Shown: positions 8,504 through 17,935 of the stretch, one piece after another
How the letters are laid out: every line of letters begins with the position of its first letter
How positions within the stretch are numbered: position 1 is the stretch's first letter
Assembly: GCA_007693605.1 (NCBI GenBank)
Contig: REDG01000052.1
Coordinates: forward strand, 1 to 43,391
DNA length: 43,391 nt
Reading direction: 5' to 3'
Source: Bradymonadales bacterium
GTDB lineage: Bacteria; Bdellovibrionota; UBA2394
The notes under the pieces: model-generated
The model's input: only the letters and a program-made list of their open reading frames with translations
Told to the model about the DNA's origin: nothing
Database searches by the model: none
Program-made: the position numbers and the translations under genes

Positions 8504-9592
8504 ATGAAAGTTTCGGTCGCCCTCGATGCAATGGGAGGAGATTTCTTAGCGGTCCCAAACCTGAGGGGAGCTTATGCCGCTGTCGCCGAAGCAGCGACTG
8601 AGGGAACAGACTTAAAGGTTTACCTCTGTGGGCCTGAGGCCCTACTAATGCAGACATTGGAAGAGATCTCCGATGATCCTCAGCAAGCTCGCTCATCAGA
8701 GTACCGAATTTTGAGGTCCCAGTTTGAGGCCTACCTAGAGTCGGGACGCTTAGAAATTGTGGACTGTCCGGACTTCGTTGAGATGGATGAGAACCCTCTT
8801 TCAGCCGTTCGTTCAAAGAAAAAATCCTCGATGGCGGCAGCCTATCAGCTCGTGAAGTCAGGCCAAGCGGCTTCAGCCATTTCAGCTGGCAATTCAGGAG
8901 CCATGATGGCTTATGGGATTCAAATTTTAGGGCGGCTTTCGAATGTGAGACGACCGGCCATTCTTTGCCACTTTCCTTCATCTAAGGGGGTCTCTGCTCT
9001 TTTGGACGCCGGAGCGAATGTGGACTGTCGACCCGAGCATCTTCTTCAGTTTGCGCAAATGGGCATTTTGCATATGCAGAAACTCTTTCAAGTGGAAAAG
9101 CCTGAGGTGGCGATTCTGAATATTGGCGAGGAAGAAGGAAAAGGAAATGAGTTGGTCAAAGAGGCTCATCAGTTGCTCCGAAAGAAAATGCCATCGGCCT
9201 ATGTTGGCTTTGTGGAGGGACGAGATATTCTTACCGGCAAAGTCGATGTGATCGTTTGTGACGGTTTTGTGGGAAATGTGGTGTTGAAGACCGCCGAGGG
9301 GGTTGCCCAAGCGGTTAGAAGCATACTCAAAGAAGAAATGTCTCGGAACCCGATTTGGGGTTTGGGTGCTTGGCTCGCCAAAGGGGGCTTTATGGCGATG
9401 AAGAACAAATTGGACTATCGAGAGTACGGCGCTGCACCCCTGATTGGTCTGAATGGAGTTGGCCTGGTCGCTCATGGCTCCTCGGATGCGAGGGCGATTC
9501 ACAGCGCGATTCGAATCGGAGTGCATTATGCACACTCCACATTTTTAACAGAGTTGAGTGAAGAGCTGGCTCGTTTAAAGGAGGCCAACTGA
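8504..9592 (+). CDS. plsX: Phosphate acyltransferase PlsX
   Basis: VALDAMGGD, SAGNSGA, LDAGAN, LNIGEEEGKG, DVIVCDGFVGNVVLK, HGSS. Confidence 0.97.
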   Translation: MKVSVALDAMGGDFLAVPNLRGAYAAVAEAATEGTDLKVYLCGPEALLMQTLEEISDDPQQARSSEYRILRSQFEAYLESGRLEIVDCPDFVEMDENPLSAVRSKKKSSMAAAYQLVKSGQAASAISAGNSGAMMAYGIQILGRLSNVRRPAILCHFPSSKGVSALLDAGANVDCRPEHLLQFAQMGILHMQKLFQVEKPEVAILNIGEEEGKGNELVKEAHQLLRKKMPSAYVGFVEGRDILTGKVDVIVCDGFVGNVVLKTAEGVAQAVRSILKEEMSRNPIWGLGAWLAKGGFMAMKNKLDYREYGAAPLIGLNGVGLVAHGSSDARAIHSAIRIGVHYAHSTFLTELSEELARLKEAN

Positions 9593-10350
9593 TGTCTGAT
9601 GCTGCATTTTCATTGAAAGATCGAGTGGCTTTGGTCACTGGGGGAAGCCGCGGAATTGGCGCCGCCATTGCGCGAGAGTTGGCTCATGCCGGCGCACAGG
9701 TCATCGTCAACTATAGAAGCAATGAGAAGCTAGCGCAGAAAGTATTAGACGAGCTGCGAGAGTTCTCTCCCAAATCCTCTGCCATGGCTTTTGATATTGC
9801 GAATCCGCAAGAGGTCGACGAAGCATTCAAGAGCCTGCTCGAACGCTATCACAAGCTTGATGTTTTGGTTTGCAACGCCGGGGTTTCCAGAGATGCACTC
9901 CTGCCTCGCTCCACTCCAGAGCACTTTGAAGAGGTTTTTCGGACGAACTTCTTTGGAACGGTGAACTCGGTTCGAGCGGCCTCTCGTTCAATGATGAAGA
10001 ATCGTTACGGGCGAATCATTTGTATCGGCTCCGTGGTGGGCGAAATGGGCAATAAAGGCCAGTCTGCCTACTCGGCTTCAAAGTCGGCACTTTTTGGCTT
10101 TTGTAAATCTGTCGCAAGAGAGCTATCCAGTCGGCAAATTACCTGTAATGTCGTCAGTCCGGGTTTCATTGAAACTGAGATGACCCAAGAGTTGGCAAAT
10201 GAGGTAAAACAGGCTTATTTAGATTCGATTCCGCTAGGTCGATTTGGGCTGGCGTCGGATGTGGCTCGGTCGGTTCGTTTCTTGGCCTCTGAGGAGGCGG
10301 GTTATATCACGGGCTCCAATCTTAGCGTGAATGGTGGATTGTGGATGTAG
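9592..10350 (+). CDS. fabG: 3-oxoacyl-ACP reductase
   Basis: TGGSRGIG, NAG, YSASK, PGFIETEMT; lies between plsX and acpP. Confidence 0.95.
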   Translation: MSDAAFSLKDRVALVTGGSRGIGAAIARELAHAGAQVIVNYRSNEKLAQKVLDELREFSPKSSAMAFDIANPQEVDEAFKSLLERYHKLDVLVCNAGVSRDALLPRSTPEHFEEVFRTNFFGTVNSVRAASRSMMKNRYGRIICIGSVVGEMGNKGQSAYSASKSALFGFCKSVARELSSRQITCNVVSPGFIETEMTQELANEVKQAYLDSIPLGRFGLASDVARSVRFLASEEAGYITGSNLSVNGGLWM

Positions 10351-10398
10351 AGTTTGGGACTTTGTAATGCTAAAAGTTAGAAACAAGGAGAAAATTGA

Positions 10399-10635
10399 AT
10401 GGAACTAGAAAAGCAGGTAATTTCACTGATCGCAAAGAGTCTAAAGATCTCTGAGGATACCATCAAGGCAGAGAGTACATTTGTAGATGATTTAGGTGCC
10501 GACTCTCTAGATATCGTCGAGCTTGTGATGGCGATGGAAGATGAGTTTCAGATTGATATTCCGGACAAGGACGCGGAGTCGATTCGCAGCGTGCAAGACG
10601 CGATCAACTATATCCAGACCCATAAGGGGGCCTAA
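10399..10635 (+). CDS. acpP: Acyl carrier protein
   Basis: DLGADSLDIVELVM phosphopantetheine site; AAGGAG RBS. Confidence 0.98.
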   Translation: MELEKQVISLIAKSLKISEDTIKAESTFVDDLGADSLDIVELVMAMEDEFQIDIPDKDAESIRSVQDAINYIQTHKGA

Positions 10636-10637
10636 AA

Positions 10638-11897
10638 ATGCCTGCCCGCAGGGTGGTCATCACTGGAAGCTCTGTGATTTCGGCTCTCGGCTGTGGAAAT
10701 GATCTGAACTGGAAAGGTCTTTCTGAGGGCCGCTCTGGAGTTCGGAAGATCACTCATTTCGATGCCTCGGGTTATAAAACTCAGATCGCGGCTGAGGTGC
10801 CTGATTTTGACCCCAGCCGATGGTTGAGTTCAAAGGAGACTCGCGGCACAGATCTGTTCATTCAGTACGCTTTGGCCTCGGCGACCGAGATGATGCAAGC
10901 TTCGGGTTTGCTGAACTCAGAGTCGAAGCTCTCAGAGGAGCTGGCCGATCAAGCGGCTGTGATCTTAGGTTGTGGCTTAGGAGGCCTTCCCTTTATTGAA
11001 GAGGGCAAGTTGACGGTGGTTGAGAAGGGCCCCTCACGGCTCTCTCCTTTTTTTATCCCCAGCGTGATTTCTAACCTAGCGCCAGGACAAGTCGGCTTAA
11101 AGTTTGGTTGTCGCGGATCGAACTACGCGATTGCTTCGGCCTGTGCATCTGGAGCCCACGCGGTGGGTGAGGCTTATCGAGCCATTGTTTTCGGAACGGC
11201 GAAAGTGGTGATCACAGGGGGCGTCGAATCGACCATCACCCCGCTGGCGATTGCCGGATTTAACTCGATGAGAGCCCTTTCCACTCGAAACGAAGAGCCC
11301 ACCAAAGCTTCTCGACCCTTTGACCTAAACCGAGATGGCTTCGTTGTGGGTGAGGGGGCGGGGCTTCTGCTGTTGGAGGATTATGAATTCGCGTTGAAGC
11401 GGGGGGCAAGGATTTTGGCCGAGTTGGTGGGCTATGGCAGCAGCTGCGATGCACATCATATTACGGCGCCGGCCCCCGAGGGCGCTGGAGCAGCGCGAGC
11501 GATGGCTTTGGCTCTGAAAGACGCCCAAGTGAACCCGGATCAGGTAGGAGCCATCAACGCTCATGGCACCTCAACGGGCCTTGGAGATATTGCAGAGACT
11601 CAAGCAATCAAAAAAATCTTTGGCTCTGCGGCAAAGGGAATCAAAGTGAGTTCTACTAAGTCGATGGTGGGGCATACTCTTGGTGCGGCCGGAGGGGTGG
11701 AGGCCGTGTATACGGTCATGGCCTTAGAAAAACAGATTGTGCCCCCGACCATCAATTTGGATGAACCCGACCCGGAGTGTGATCTGGATTTCGTTCCTCA
11801 TCATGCTCAGGATCATGCTCATGAGTATGCTTTGAGCAACAGCTTTGGTTTTGGGGGAACGAATGTGAGCCTTCTTTTTAAAAGGTTTAAGGGATGA
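10638..11897 (+). CDS. fabF: Beta-ketoacyl-ACP synthase II
   Basis: SACASG, NAHGTST, KSMVGHTLGAAG, SNSFGFGGTN. Confidence 0.97.
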   Translation: MPARRVVITGSSVISALGCGNDLNWKGLSEGRSGVRKITHFDASGYKTQIAAEVPDFDPSRWLSSKETRGTDLFIQYALASATEMMQASGLLNSESKLSEELADQAAVILGCGLGGLPFIEEGKLTVVEKGPSRLSPFFIPSVISNLAPGQVGLKFGCRGSNYAIASACASGAHAVGEAYRAIVFGTAKVVITGGVESTITPLAIAGFNSMRALSTRNEEPTKASRPFDLNRDGFVVGEGAGLLLLEDYEFALKRGARILAELVGYGSSCDAHHITAPAPEGAGAARAMALALKDAQVNPDQVGAINAHGTSTGLGDIAETQAIKKIFGSAAKGIKVSSTKSMVGHTLGAAGGVEAVYTVMALEKQIVPPTINLDEPDPECDLDFVPHHAQDHAHEYALSNSFGFGGTNVSLLFKRFKG

Positions 11898-12337
11898 TTT
11901 TCCTGGCGTCTGATCATGCGGGATATGATCTGAAGTTGGCGCTGGCGGAGAAGCTCAAGTCAGTGACCTCAAGCCTAGAGGTTTTGGGTTGCCACTCGAA
12001 AGCTTCTTGCGACTATCCGGATTTTGCATCTGAACTCACTGAGCACTTGTTGAAGAGCCCTGAGAGTCTGGGGGTTTTGATTTGCGGCAGCGGAGTTGGC
12101 ATGAGCATCGCGGCCAACAAGATTCGCGGAGTGAGGGCAGCTCATGCATCAGACCCTCTGACCGCAGAGCTTGCGAGGCAGCACAATCATGCCAATGTTC
12201 TCTGTCTTGGTGCTAGATTCTTGTCGGCCGATCAAGCTTGGGCTTGTCTGCAGGCCTTTCTCAATGCGAAGCCAGACGAAGACCCCAGACATTTGAGGCG
12301 CGTTTCTAAGATCAGTGAGCTGGAGGGTCGGGGATGA
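11894..12337 (+). CDS. rpiB: Ribose-5-phosphate isomerase B
   Basis: [31 protein letters not shown]. Confidence 0.95.
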   Translation: MIFLASDHAGYDLKLALAEKLKSVTSSLEVLGCHSKASCDYPDFASELTEHLLKSPESLGVLICGSGVGMSIAANKIRGVRAAHASDPLTAELARQHNHANVLCLGARFLSADQAWACLQAFLNAKPDEDPRHLRRVSKISELEGRG

Positions 12338-13581
12338 TTGAGTCTTCGAAAGAAGTCTTTGCTTTGATAGAAAAAGAGGGCCTTCGCCAGAAGACCCAGC
12401 TTGAGCTGATTGCCTCTGAGAATTTTTGCTCGGATGCCGTTCGAGAGGCGGCCGGTTCGGTGCTCACAAACAAATATGCCGAAGGTTACCCAGGCCGTCG
12501 CTACTATGGCGGTTGTGAAGTCGTGGATGAAGTGGAAGAACTGGCCATTCAGAGACTGAAGAAGCTGTTTGGAGCGGAAGCGGTCAATGTGCAGCCGCAC
12601 TCGGGCTCTCAGGCAAATATGGCGGTCTATTTCTCATTTTTGAATCCGGGAGACACGATTCTCGCGATGGATCTTGCCCAGGGCGGGCATTTGACTCACG
12701 GCTCGCCCGTCAATTTTTCAGGCAAACTCTATCAGGTGCAACACTACGGAGTGACTAATGAAGGGGTGATTGATTTCGATCAAGTCAGAGATTTGGCTCG
12801 AAAGCATCATCCCAAATTGATTGTGGCAGGGGCCTCCGCTTACAGTCGTAAGCTGGACTTCAAGACCTTTCGAGAAATTGCCGATGAGGTCGGCGCGAGA
12901 ACGATGGCCGATATCGCTCATCCCGCAGGCTTGGTGGCTTCGGGGCTTCATCCAAGTCCCGTTCCTCATTTTGACTATGTCACTTCGACCACGCACAAAA
13001 CTTTAAGAGGTCCTCGTGGGGGAGTCATTCTGATGAAGGAGGAGTTTGCAAAGGCCGTGAACTCTAGAATTTTTCCTGGCATACAGGGGGGCCCTCTCAT
13101 GCATGTGATTGCGGCAAAGGCGGTAGCCTTTGGTGAGGCCCTGGATCCTCGCTTTAAACGCTATTCGGAGCGAGTGATAGAAAATGCGGTGAGCTTGGCT
13201 GAGACTCTGAAGTCAGAGGGTTTGAATATTGTGGGTGGGGGAACTGAGAACCATTTGGTCTTGGTTGATCTTAGGAACTTCAAGATTACGGGTGCTGAAG
13301 CTGAAAAGGCTTTGGAATCCTCTGGAATAACGGTGAATAAAAATATGATTCCCAGAGACCCTGAGTCGCCGCGAGTCACTTCGGGTATTCGCTTGGGCAG
13401 TCCCGCGCTCACCACTCGAGGCTTTGGTCGGAAGGATTTTGAAAGGCTGGGGGCTTGGATCGTTCAAGTCTTAAAGGACCCCAGCTCTTCTAGCTTGCAG
13501 TCTCGTGTAAAAAGGGAGATTGCAGATTTTGCTTCGCCCTATCCTCTTTGGAGCTGGGGAGATGAAGAGCTTAGCTTTTAG
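12334..13581 (+). CDS. glyA: Serine hydroxymethyltransferase
   Basis: [45 protein letters not shown]. Confidence 0.98.
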   Translation: MIESSKEVFALIEKEGLRQKTQLELIASENFCSDAVREAAGSVLTNKYAEGYPGRRYYGGCEVVDEVEELAIQRLKKLFGAEAVNVQPHSGSQANMAVYFSFLNPGDTILAMDLAQGGHLTHGSPVNFSGKLYQVQHYGVTNEGVIDFDQVRDLARKHHPKLIVAGASAYSRKLDFKTFREIADEVGARTMADIAHPAGLVASGLHPSPVPHFDYVTSTTHKTLRGPRGGVILMKEEFAKAVNSRIFPGIQGGPLMHVIAAKAVAFGEALDPRFKRYSERVIENAVSLAETLKSEGLNIVGGGTENHLVLVDLRNFKITGAEAEKALESSGITVNKNMIPRDPESPRVTSGIRLGSPALTTRGFGRKDFERLGAWIVQVLKDPSSSSLQSRVKREIADFASPYPLWSWGDEELSF

Positions 13582-14173
13582 CCTGGTCGATTTTCTCTAG
13601 CACTTGCAGCAGGCGGTCGTTGAGGTCATTTTCGGCCAGAAGCTGTTGTCTTATGGAAATGTCTTTCACGAAGACCGAAATGGAAGCTTCAATTAGCTCT
13701 TCAGGAGTCTCACAGGCTTGTTCAACAAGTGTCATTTCTTCTTCTGACACATTCTCTTCGGCCCACTGAAAGAAGGTGTTTCTCAGCCGATTGAGTCGAA
13801 AGCGATTGGCGCTGCTGATCTCGGTAAACTCTCTTGCGAGATAGGCAGAGCATTGAATATAGGGCTTCTCCATTAGGATCTCTTCGAGAACCACGCGATC
13901 TTTTCCGTGCAACAGAATGACGCAGCTTCCGTCCTGTCGTCGATTGACGATCTGAGGATGCCCAGCTCCGACAACTTGCTCTAGAAACCTTAAGCGGGCT
14001 GGTTTGTCCAAAATGCTGGGGGGTGGGGGGCAGACCACAATCGGCGTTTGAGTTGAGAGAGAGTCTTCGAGCATTTGCAGATAGCGGGACTCAAAGATGT
14101 TCAGGGGCAATACGGCCCTGGGGGTCAGAAGGCTTCCTCTCAAAGGAAAGACGAAGACCCTAAATTTTTCCAT
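13571..14173 (-). CDS. Stand-alone LON peptidase N-terminal (substrate-binding) domain protein
   Basis: VFPL...LLTP...[19 protein letters not shown]; no ATPase or protease domain. Start placed at ATG 14173. Confidence 0.85.
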   Translation of the reverse strand: MEKFRVFVFPLRGSLLTPRAVLPLNIFESRYLQMLEDSLSTQTPIVVCPPPPSILDKPARLRFLEQVVGAGHPQIVNRRQDGSCVILLHGKDRVVLEEILMEKPYIQCSAYLAREFTEISSANRFRLNRLRNTFFQWAEENVSEEEMTLVEQACETPEELIEASISVFVKDISIRQQLLAENDLNDRLLQVLEKIDQAKS

Positions 14174-14352
14174 ATCTCCAGTATAGTTCAAAACGGTTTA
14201 AACTCAAGCTCCATTCTGCTCTATCTCTAAGGCCAAGCTTGAGTCGTCTCAATTAAAGTGAATAAATTCAATAAATTGGGAGAGGCGCCCCCTCTAGGGC
14301 TCAAGCACGGCCAGTTCCTTAATCGCTAAACTAATACGGGCTCGAATGCGTT

Positions 14353-14358
14353 TTGACA
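14353..14358 (+). promoter_or_regulatory. Consensus -35 hexamer upstream of nusB
   Basis: Perfect TTGACA; the -10 at 17-18 nt spacing is imperfect (TAAAGC/AAAGCT). Confidence 0.35.
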
Positions 14359-14390
14359 AAGCCACCAAAGCCGAATAAAGCTTGCGCCGT

Positions 14391-14834
14391 ATGGGAACCC
14401 GGCGCCAATCGAGAGAGGCTGCATTGTCATTTTTGTATCAGAGAGATTCGGTGGATCAGAGTCAAACCAATGAAGCGGACCGCTTCTTCTCTCACTTTTT
14501 CTCAGACTATTCTGAGGCCTATGCGTATTATAAGTGGTTGACCCAAACTCTAGAGATTCACGGAGCAGAAGTGGATGCTCTTATCAGTCGATCGACCGAA
14601 AACTGGAAGATTAGCCGGATGGCAAAGACTGATCGCGCGGTCTTGCGAGTAGCGACCTGCGAGCTTTTAAAGGCCTCTATCACGCCAAGCGCTGTGATTT
14701 TGGATGAGGCGGTTGAATTGGCAAAGAAATTTGGGGGCGAAGACAGTGGCAGCTTCGTCAATGGGGTATTAGACAAAATTTCAAAGCTTGCAAGGCCTGA
14801 GGCGGATTCATTCGCATCTGAAAAAGCTCTTTAA
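14391..14834 (+). CDS. nusB: Transcription antitermination factor NusB
   Basis: RRQSREAALSFLYQ, W...DRAVLR, VILDEAVELAKKFG, FVNGVLD. Confidence 0.96.
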   Translation: MGTRRQSREAALSFLYQRDSVDQSQTNEADRFFSHFFSDYSEAYAYYKWLTQTLEIHGAEVDALISRSTENWKISRMAKTDRAVLRVATCELLKASITPSAVILDEAVELAKKFGGEDSGSFVNGVLDKISKLARPEADSFASEKAL

Positions 14835-14863
14835 AGCACAACGGAAAGTCACTAAGCTTTATC

Positions 14864-15355
14864 GTGATGGTGTTTAAAAAGATTCCAGACGACCTAGACG
14901 CCTTTGAAGGCGAGCTGGTGATTGCCGTGGTGGGCTCTGACGAAAAGCCCTTGCGAGCCACAAACGCTTGGCTGGATTGGCGACTCTACGGAAGTCTAAA
15001 CACCTTGGTCGCGAAGAACTACTTCAATGCCGCCTTGGGTGAAAAGTTCATGCTGCCCACCTATGGGCGCTTTCAGTTTGATCGACTGGTGCTTCTGGGC
15101 GGGGGACCTGTCTATCAGTCTGATGCTTGGCCAGATACGCAAGCGGGTCGTGATCTATGGCGAAAGCTCATCTCGATGATTGAAGAGGCTTTGAGTTCAT
15201 TGAAAGTATCTCGGGTCGGACTGAGTTTGCCTCGTTACGAGCTTGCTGACCAAGAGACCGCTCTTTTGAAATTGATTGAAAGAGCTCAGCTTCCCAATGA
15301 GATTTCACTTTTTCTTTCAAGAGCCGCACAAGCTCAACGATCTTTACCGGCCTGA
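14864..15355 (+). CDS. Stand-alone M17 peptidase N-terminal-like domain protein
   Basis: DEKPLR...LDWRLYGSL...F.A.LGE...RLVLLGGG resembles the N-terminal domain of leucyl aminopeptidases; no catalytic domain. Confidence 0.7.
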   Translation: MMVFKKIPDDLDAFEGELVIAVVGSDEKPLRATNAWLDWRLYGSLNTLVAKNYFNAALGEKFMLPTYGRFQFDRLVLLGGGPVYQSDAWPDTQAGRDLWRKLISMIEEALSSLKVSRVGLSLPRYELADQETALLKLIERAQLPNEISLFLSRAAQAQRSLPA

Positions 15356-15363
15356 AGCTTTTA

Positions 15364-16032
15364 TCAGAGAATGGCGGCGCTCTCTCTGATTGCGCAAATG
15401 CGATAGAGTTTCTTTAGCAGTCTCCTTTGTGTCGCAGGCTTTAGCCAATCTGAGTTAAACCAAAGCCTGAGTTGCTCAACGGGAAGTTGTTCTTGAAAAA
15501 GGAGTTCGCCAAGTCGGAGACCCAGAAGATTCCCTTCTTGATGGGCAAGATCCCAAAAGCTCTCTTCCGACAAAACGAATCTCTTTCGAGACCGAACTTG
15601 GCTATGAAAATCTCCAAAGACGAGACTGTGAACAAGACTTCCAAAACACTCATGAAGACAGGTAAAACGAGTCTCACAAAGTAGGCTCATTGTTTTGTTT
15701 GAAGCAGGTTTTTGGTGAGTGAGGGCAAAGAGATGGGCTACTTCTTCAGGGACTTGTGTCAGTTTCGACACCCATGCCGCCGGGGGCTTCTTTAGGCTAA
15801 TTCCCCCCGCTCTTTCTTGTTGAAAGTGGACCCACTCAACTTCTTCCCGACTCCGGTTTTTCAAAGAGCGCTTTGATTGGGGAGAAAGATAAAGATAGAC
15901 CGGAGGTCTTTTCTTAGCCCCCTTTTGAAGCAAGGCTTCAAGAAATGCCCAAACAAAATCTGAAAATGCGTCGACCTGCTCTTGTTGGGCTCGACTGGTT
16001 TCCCACTTTCGGGGCCTCGCGACTTCAGGCAT
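15364..16032 (-). CDS. Hypothetical protein with a possible EExxH zincin-like motif
   Basis: 222-aa ORF whose start overlaps the pepA stop by 8 nt; PEEVAHLF...LHECFG...AHQEGNLLG. Confidence 0.6.
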   Translation of the reverse strand: MPEVARPRKWETSRAQQEQVDAFSDFVWAFLEALLQKGAKKRPPVYLYLSPQSKRSLKNRSREEVEWVHFQQERAGGISLKKPPAAWVSKLTQVPEEVAHLFALTHQKPASNKTMSLLCETRFTCLHECFGSLVHSLVFGDFHSQVRSRKRFVLSEESFWDLAHQEGNLLGLRLGELLFQEQLPVEQLRLWFNSDWLKPATQRRLLKKLYRICAIRESAAIL

Positions 16033-17536
16033 ATAGCTCTAGAAACTCCACAAGAAGACGAATCGGGACCCCAGAAGGTCCTCTTACACTCACCATATCC
16101 CTCGGTGAATCGTACCAGCCACAGCCAGCGATATCCAAATGGACCCACGGATGATCTTTGTTTACGAAGCGTTCTAAGAAGAGGGCGGCTGTAGAGGCTC
16201 CACCTTCTCGCCGCTTTCCGATATTACGAAGATCGGCAACTTCACTGGTTAAAAGCTCCACAAAGAAATCATCGAAGTCTGGAAGCGGCCAGACATTTTC
16301 ACCAGAAATCTCGGCGGCCTTTTGAAGCTCCTTAAGCAAGCGGGGGCTGTTTCCGAAAATGCCCGCTGCTGAGTCGCCCACGGCAAGCGCGCAAGCGCCC
16401 GTCAGGGTCGCGACATCCACAATGGCAGCAGGCTTATAGTGCTTTGAAGCGTGACTTAAAGCATCGGCAAGAATGAGTCGGCCCTCTGCGTCTGTATTCA
16501 AAACCTCCACACTTAGCCCATTCGCCATGGTGACGACATCTCCTGGTCTTTGAGCCTTGCCGGAGGGCATATTTTCAACGCAAGGAATGAGGCAGACCAA
16601 ATTGATTTTCAATTTAAGATCCGTTGCGATCTTAAAGGCAGCAAGCACGGAGCCCGCCCCCGCCATATCGTACTTCATGGTCTCTTGGCCAGACGGAGGC
16701 TTCAGCGACAAACCTCCTGAATCAAAAGTCACTCCCTTCCCAACCAAAATCACCGGTTTTTTTGAGGCGGCCGCATTGCGATACTCCAACTGAACAAATC
16801 GAGGAGGATTGTCAGAGCCTTGGGCGACGCATAGAATGCCTCCATAGGCATTCTTCTTCAGTTCCTTTTCGGTCCAAATCTGAGCTTTAATCTTAGATTT
16901 TGATGGGGACTTTCTTGCAACTTCCGCCGCTTGTCGAGCCAACTCGATCGGATTGAGCTGGCGCGGACTCATGGCGATCAGTCGTCGTCCGAAGTTCACG
17001 CCGTCTGCGATTATCTTGCCCCGTTCAATGGACTGAGCAGCCTTTGAACTTCGGCTGCTCTCTGCGCTCACAAAGCCAAGCTCTAGAAGTTTTGAATTAG
17101 CCTTCTTGTCCCCATCGCCCTGAGACTTCCACTCGTTATAGTTCAACTGGGCGACTCGGCAGCCAATCGTTAAAGCTTCCACAATTTCTTCCACTTTGAA
17201 CTTTCCGATGCGAGGGACTAAGAACGAGCTAGGAGCCGAAACAGATCGTTGCGAGAGCTGCATTGCTGCCTGGCCTCCAGCCACTCGCACTTTCTGTAAG
17301 CTAAGGTCCGAAAGCTTACCGAGTCCAACCAGAAGAAGTCGCTTTGCAACCGGATGTCCTGGCAGATAGAGCAGCAAACTCTCTTTGAATCGTCCCTTAA
17401 AATCCTGACTCAATGGGATCTTCAAATAGTCCTTCACCACCGGATCGGGCCAAGGGCTAAGAGCTTTTTGGTTTTCATCAAAAAACATCACCAGCGCCTC
17501 TTGTTGCTTGCAGGACTTTAAACTCTCTAATCTCAT
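16025..17536 (-). CDS. pepA: Leucyl aminopeptidase (M17)
   Basis: VGKGVTFDSGG, MKYDMAG, NTDAEGRL, DVATLTGA, WVHLDIAG; AAGGAG RBS. Confidence 0.96.
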   Translation of the reverse strand: MRLESLKSCKQQEALVMFFDENQKALSPWPDPVVKDYLKIPLSQDFKGRFKESLLLYLPGHPVAKRLLLVGLGKLSDLSLQKVRVAGGQAAMQLSQRSVSAPSSFLVPRIGKFKVEEIVEALTIGCRVAQLNYNEWKSQGDGDKKANSKLLELGFVSAESSRSSKAAQSIERGKIIADGVNFGRRLIAMSPRQLNPIELARQAAEVARKSPSKSKIKAQIWTEKELKKNAYGGILCVAQGSDNPPRFVQLEYRNAAASKKPVILVGKGVTFDSGGLSLKPPSGQETMKYDMAGAGSVLAAFKIATDLKLKINLVCLIPCVENMPSGKAQRPGDVVTMANGLSVEVLNTDAEGRLILADALSHASKHYKPAAIVDVATLTGACALAVGDSAAGIFGNSPRLLKELQKAAEISGENVWPLPDFDDFFVELLTSEVADLRNIGKRREGGASTAALFLERFVNKDHPWVHLDIAGCGWYDSPRDMVSVRGPSGVPIRLLVEFLELYA

Positions 17537-17710
17537 TATGACTCCTTCAGCTTCGTTATAGACTTGGTTCGGTTGGAGTTCAAGGGCCCATCTGCTTCCG
17601 TGGCTGCGTCGTTCCTTGCCCGCATTGCAGTGTCGGATTGGCCTGTGATATTTGTTTCATGGTTGGAGGGGGGACATGATTTGATGTGAGCTTCCCGATG
17701 TGGGTTCTTC

Positions 17711-17866
17711 AGCATGAGTTTTGAAAGCAGCCGATGGGGCTCTCCGAGCGTCTGGGCCGGCAGACGGAGTAAATGATTCTGTCGCGAGGAGGAGCGGGCC
17801 CAAGACCGTATCGAAGATGTTTGGAATTCTAGGCGGTCCCCAGCGGATGCTTTCAAAACTCATGCT
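17711..17866. repeat. Long inverted repeat: 29-bp arms (27/29 match, outer 19 bp perfect) enclosing 98 bp
   Basis: The left arm 17711-17739 is AGCATGAGTTTTGAAAGCAGCCGATGGGG. The reverse complement of the right arm 17838-17866 is AGCATGAGTTTTGAAAGCATCCGCTGGGG. Confidence 0.95.
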
Positions 17867-17935
17867 AAATATCTGGGCAGATCTGTCGCTATCACCGCTG
17901 CCTAGTGAGCAGGCTATTGTTGAGCCTATCGAGGG

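Noticed and set aside
17665..17684. Strong GGAGG followed by ATG ATT TGA (possible mini-ORF or Sec readthrough)
   Set aside because: Only two codons; readthrough would give a 13-aa peptide with no recognisable SECIS or homology.
17711..17866. CRISPR repeat or retron msr-msd interpretation of the inverted repeat (contains TTGAAAG)
   Set aside because: The copies are inverted rather than direct, there are only two, and no cas or reverse transcriptase gene is in the window.
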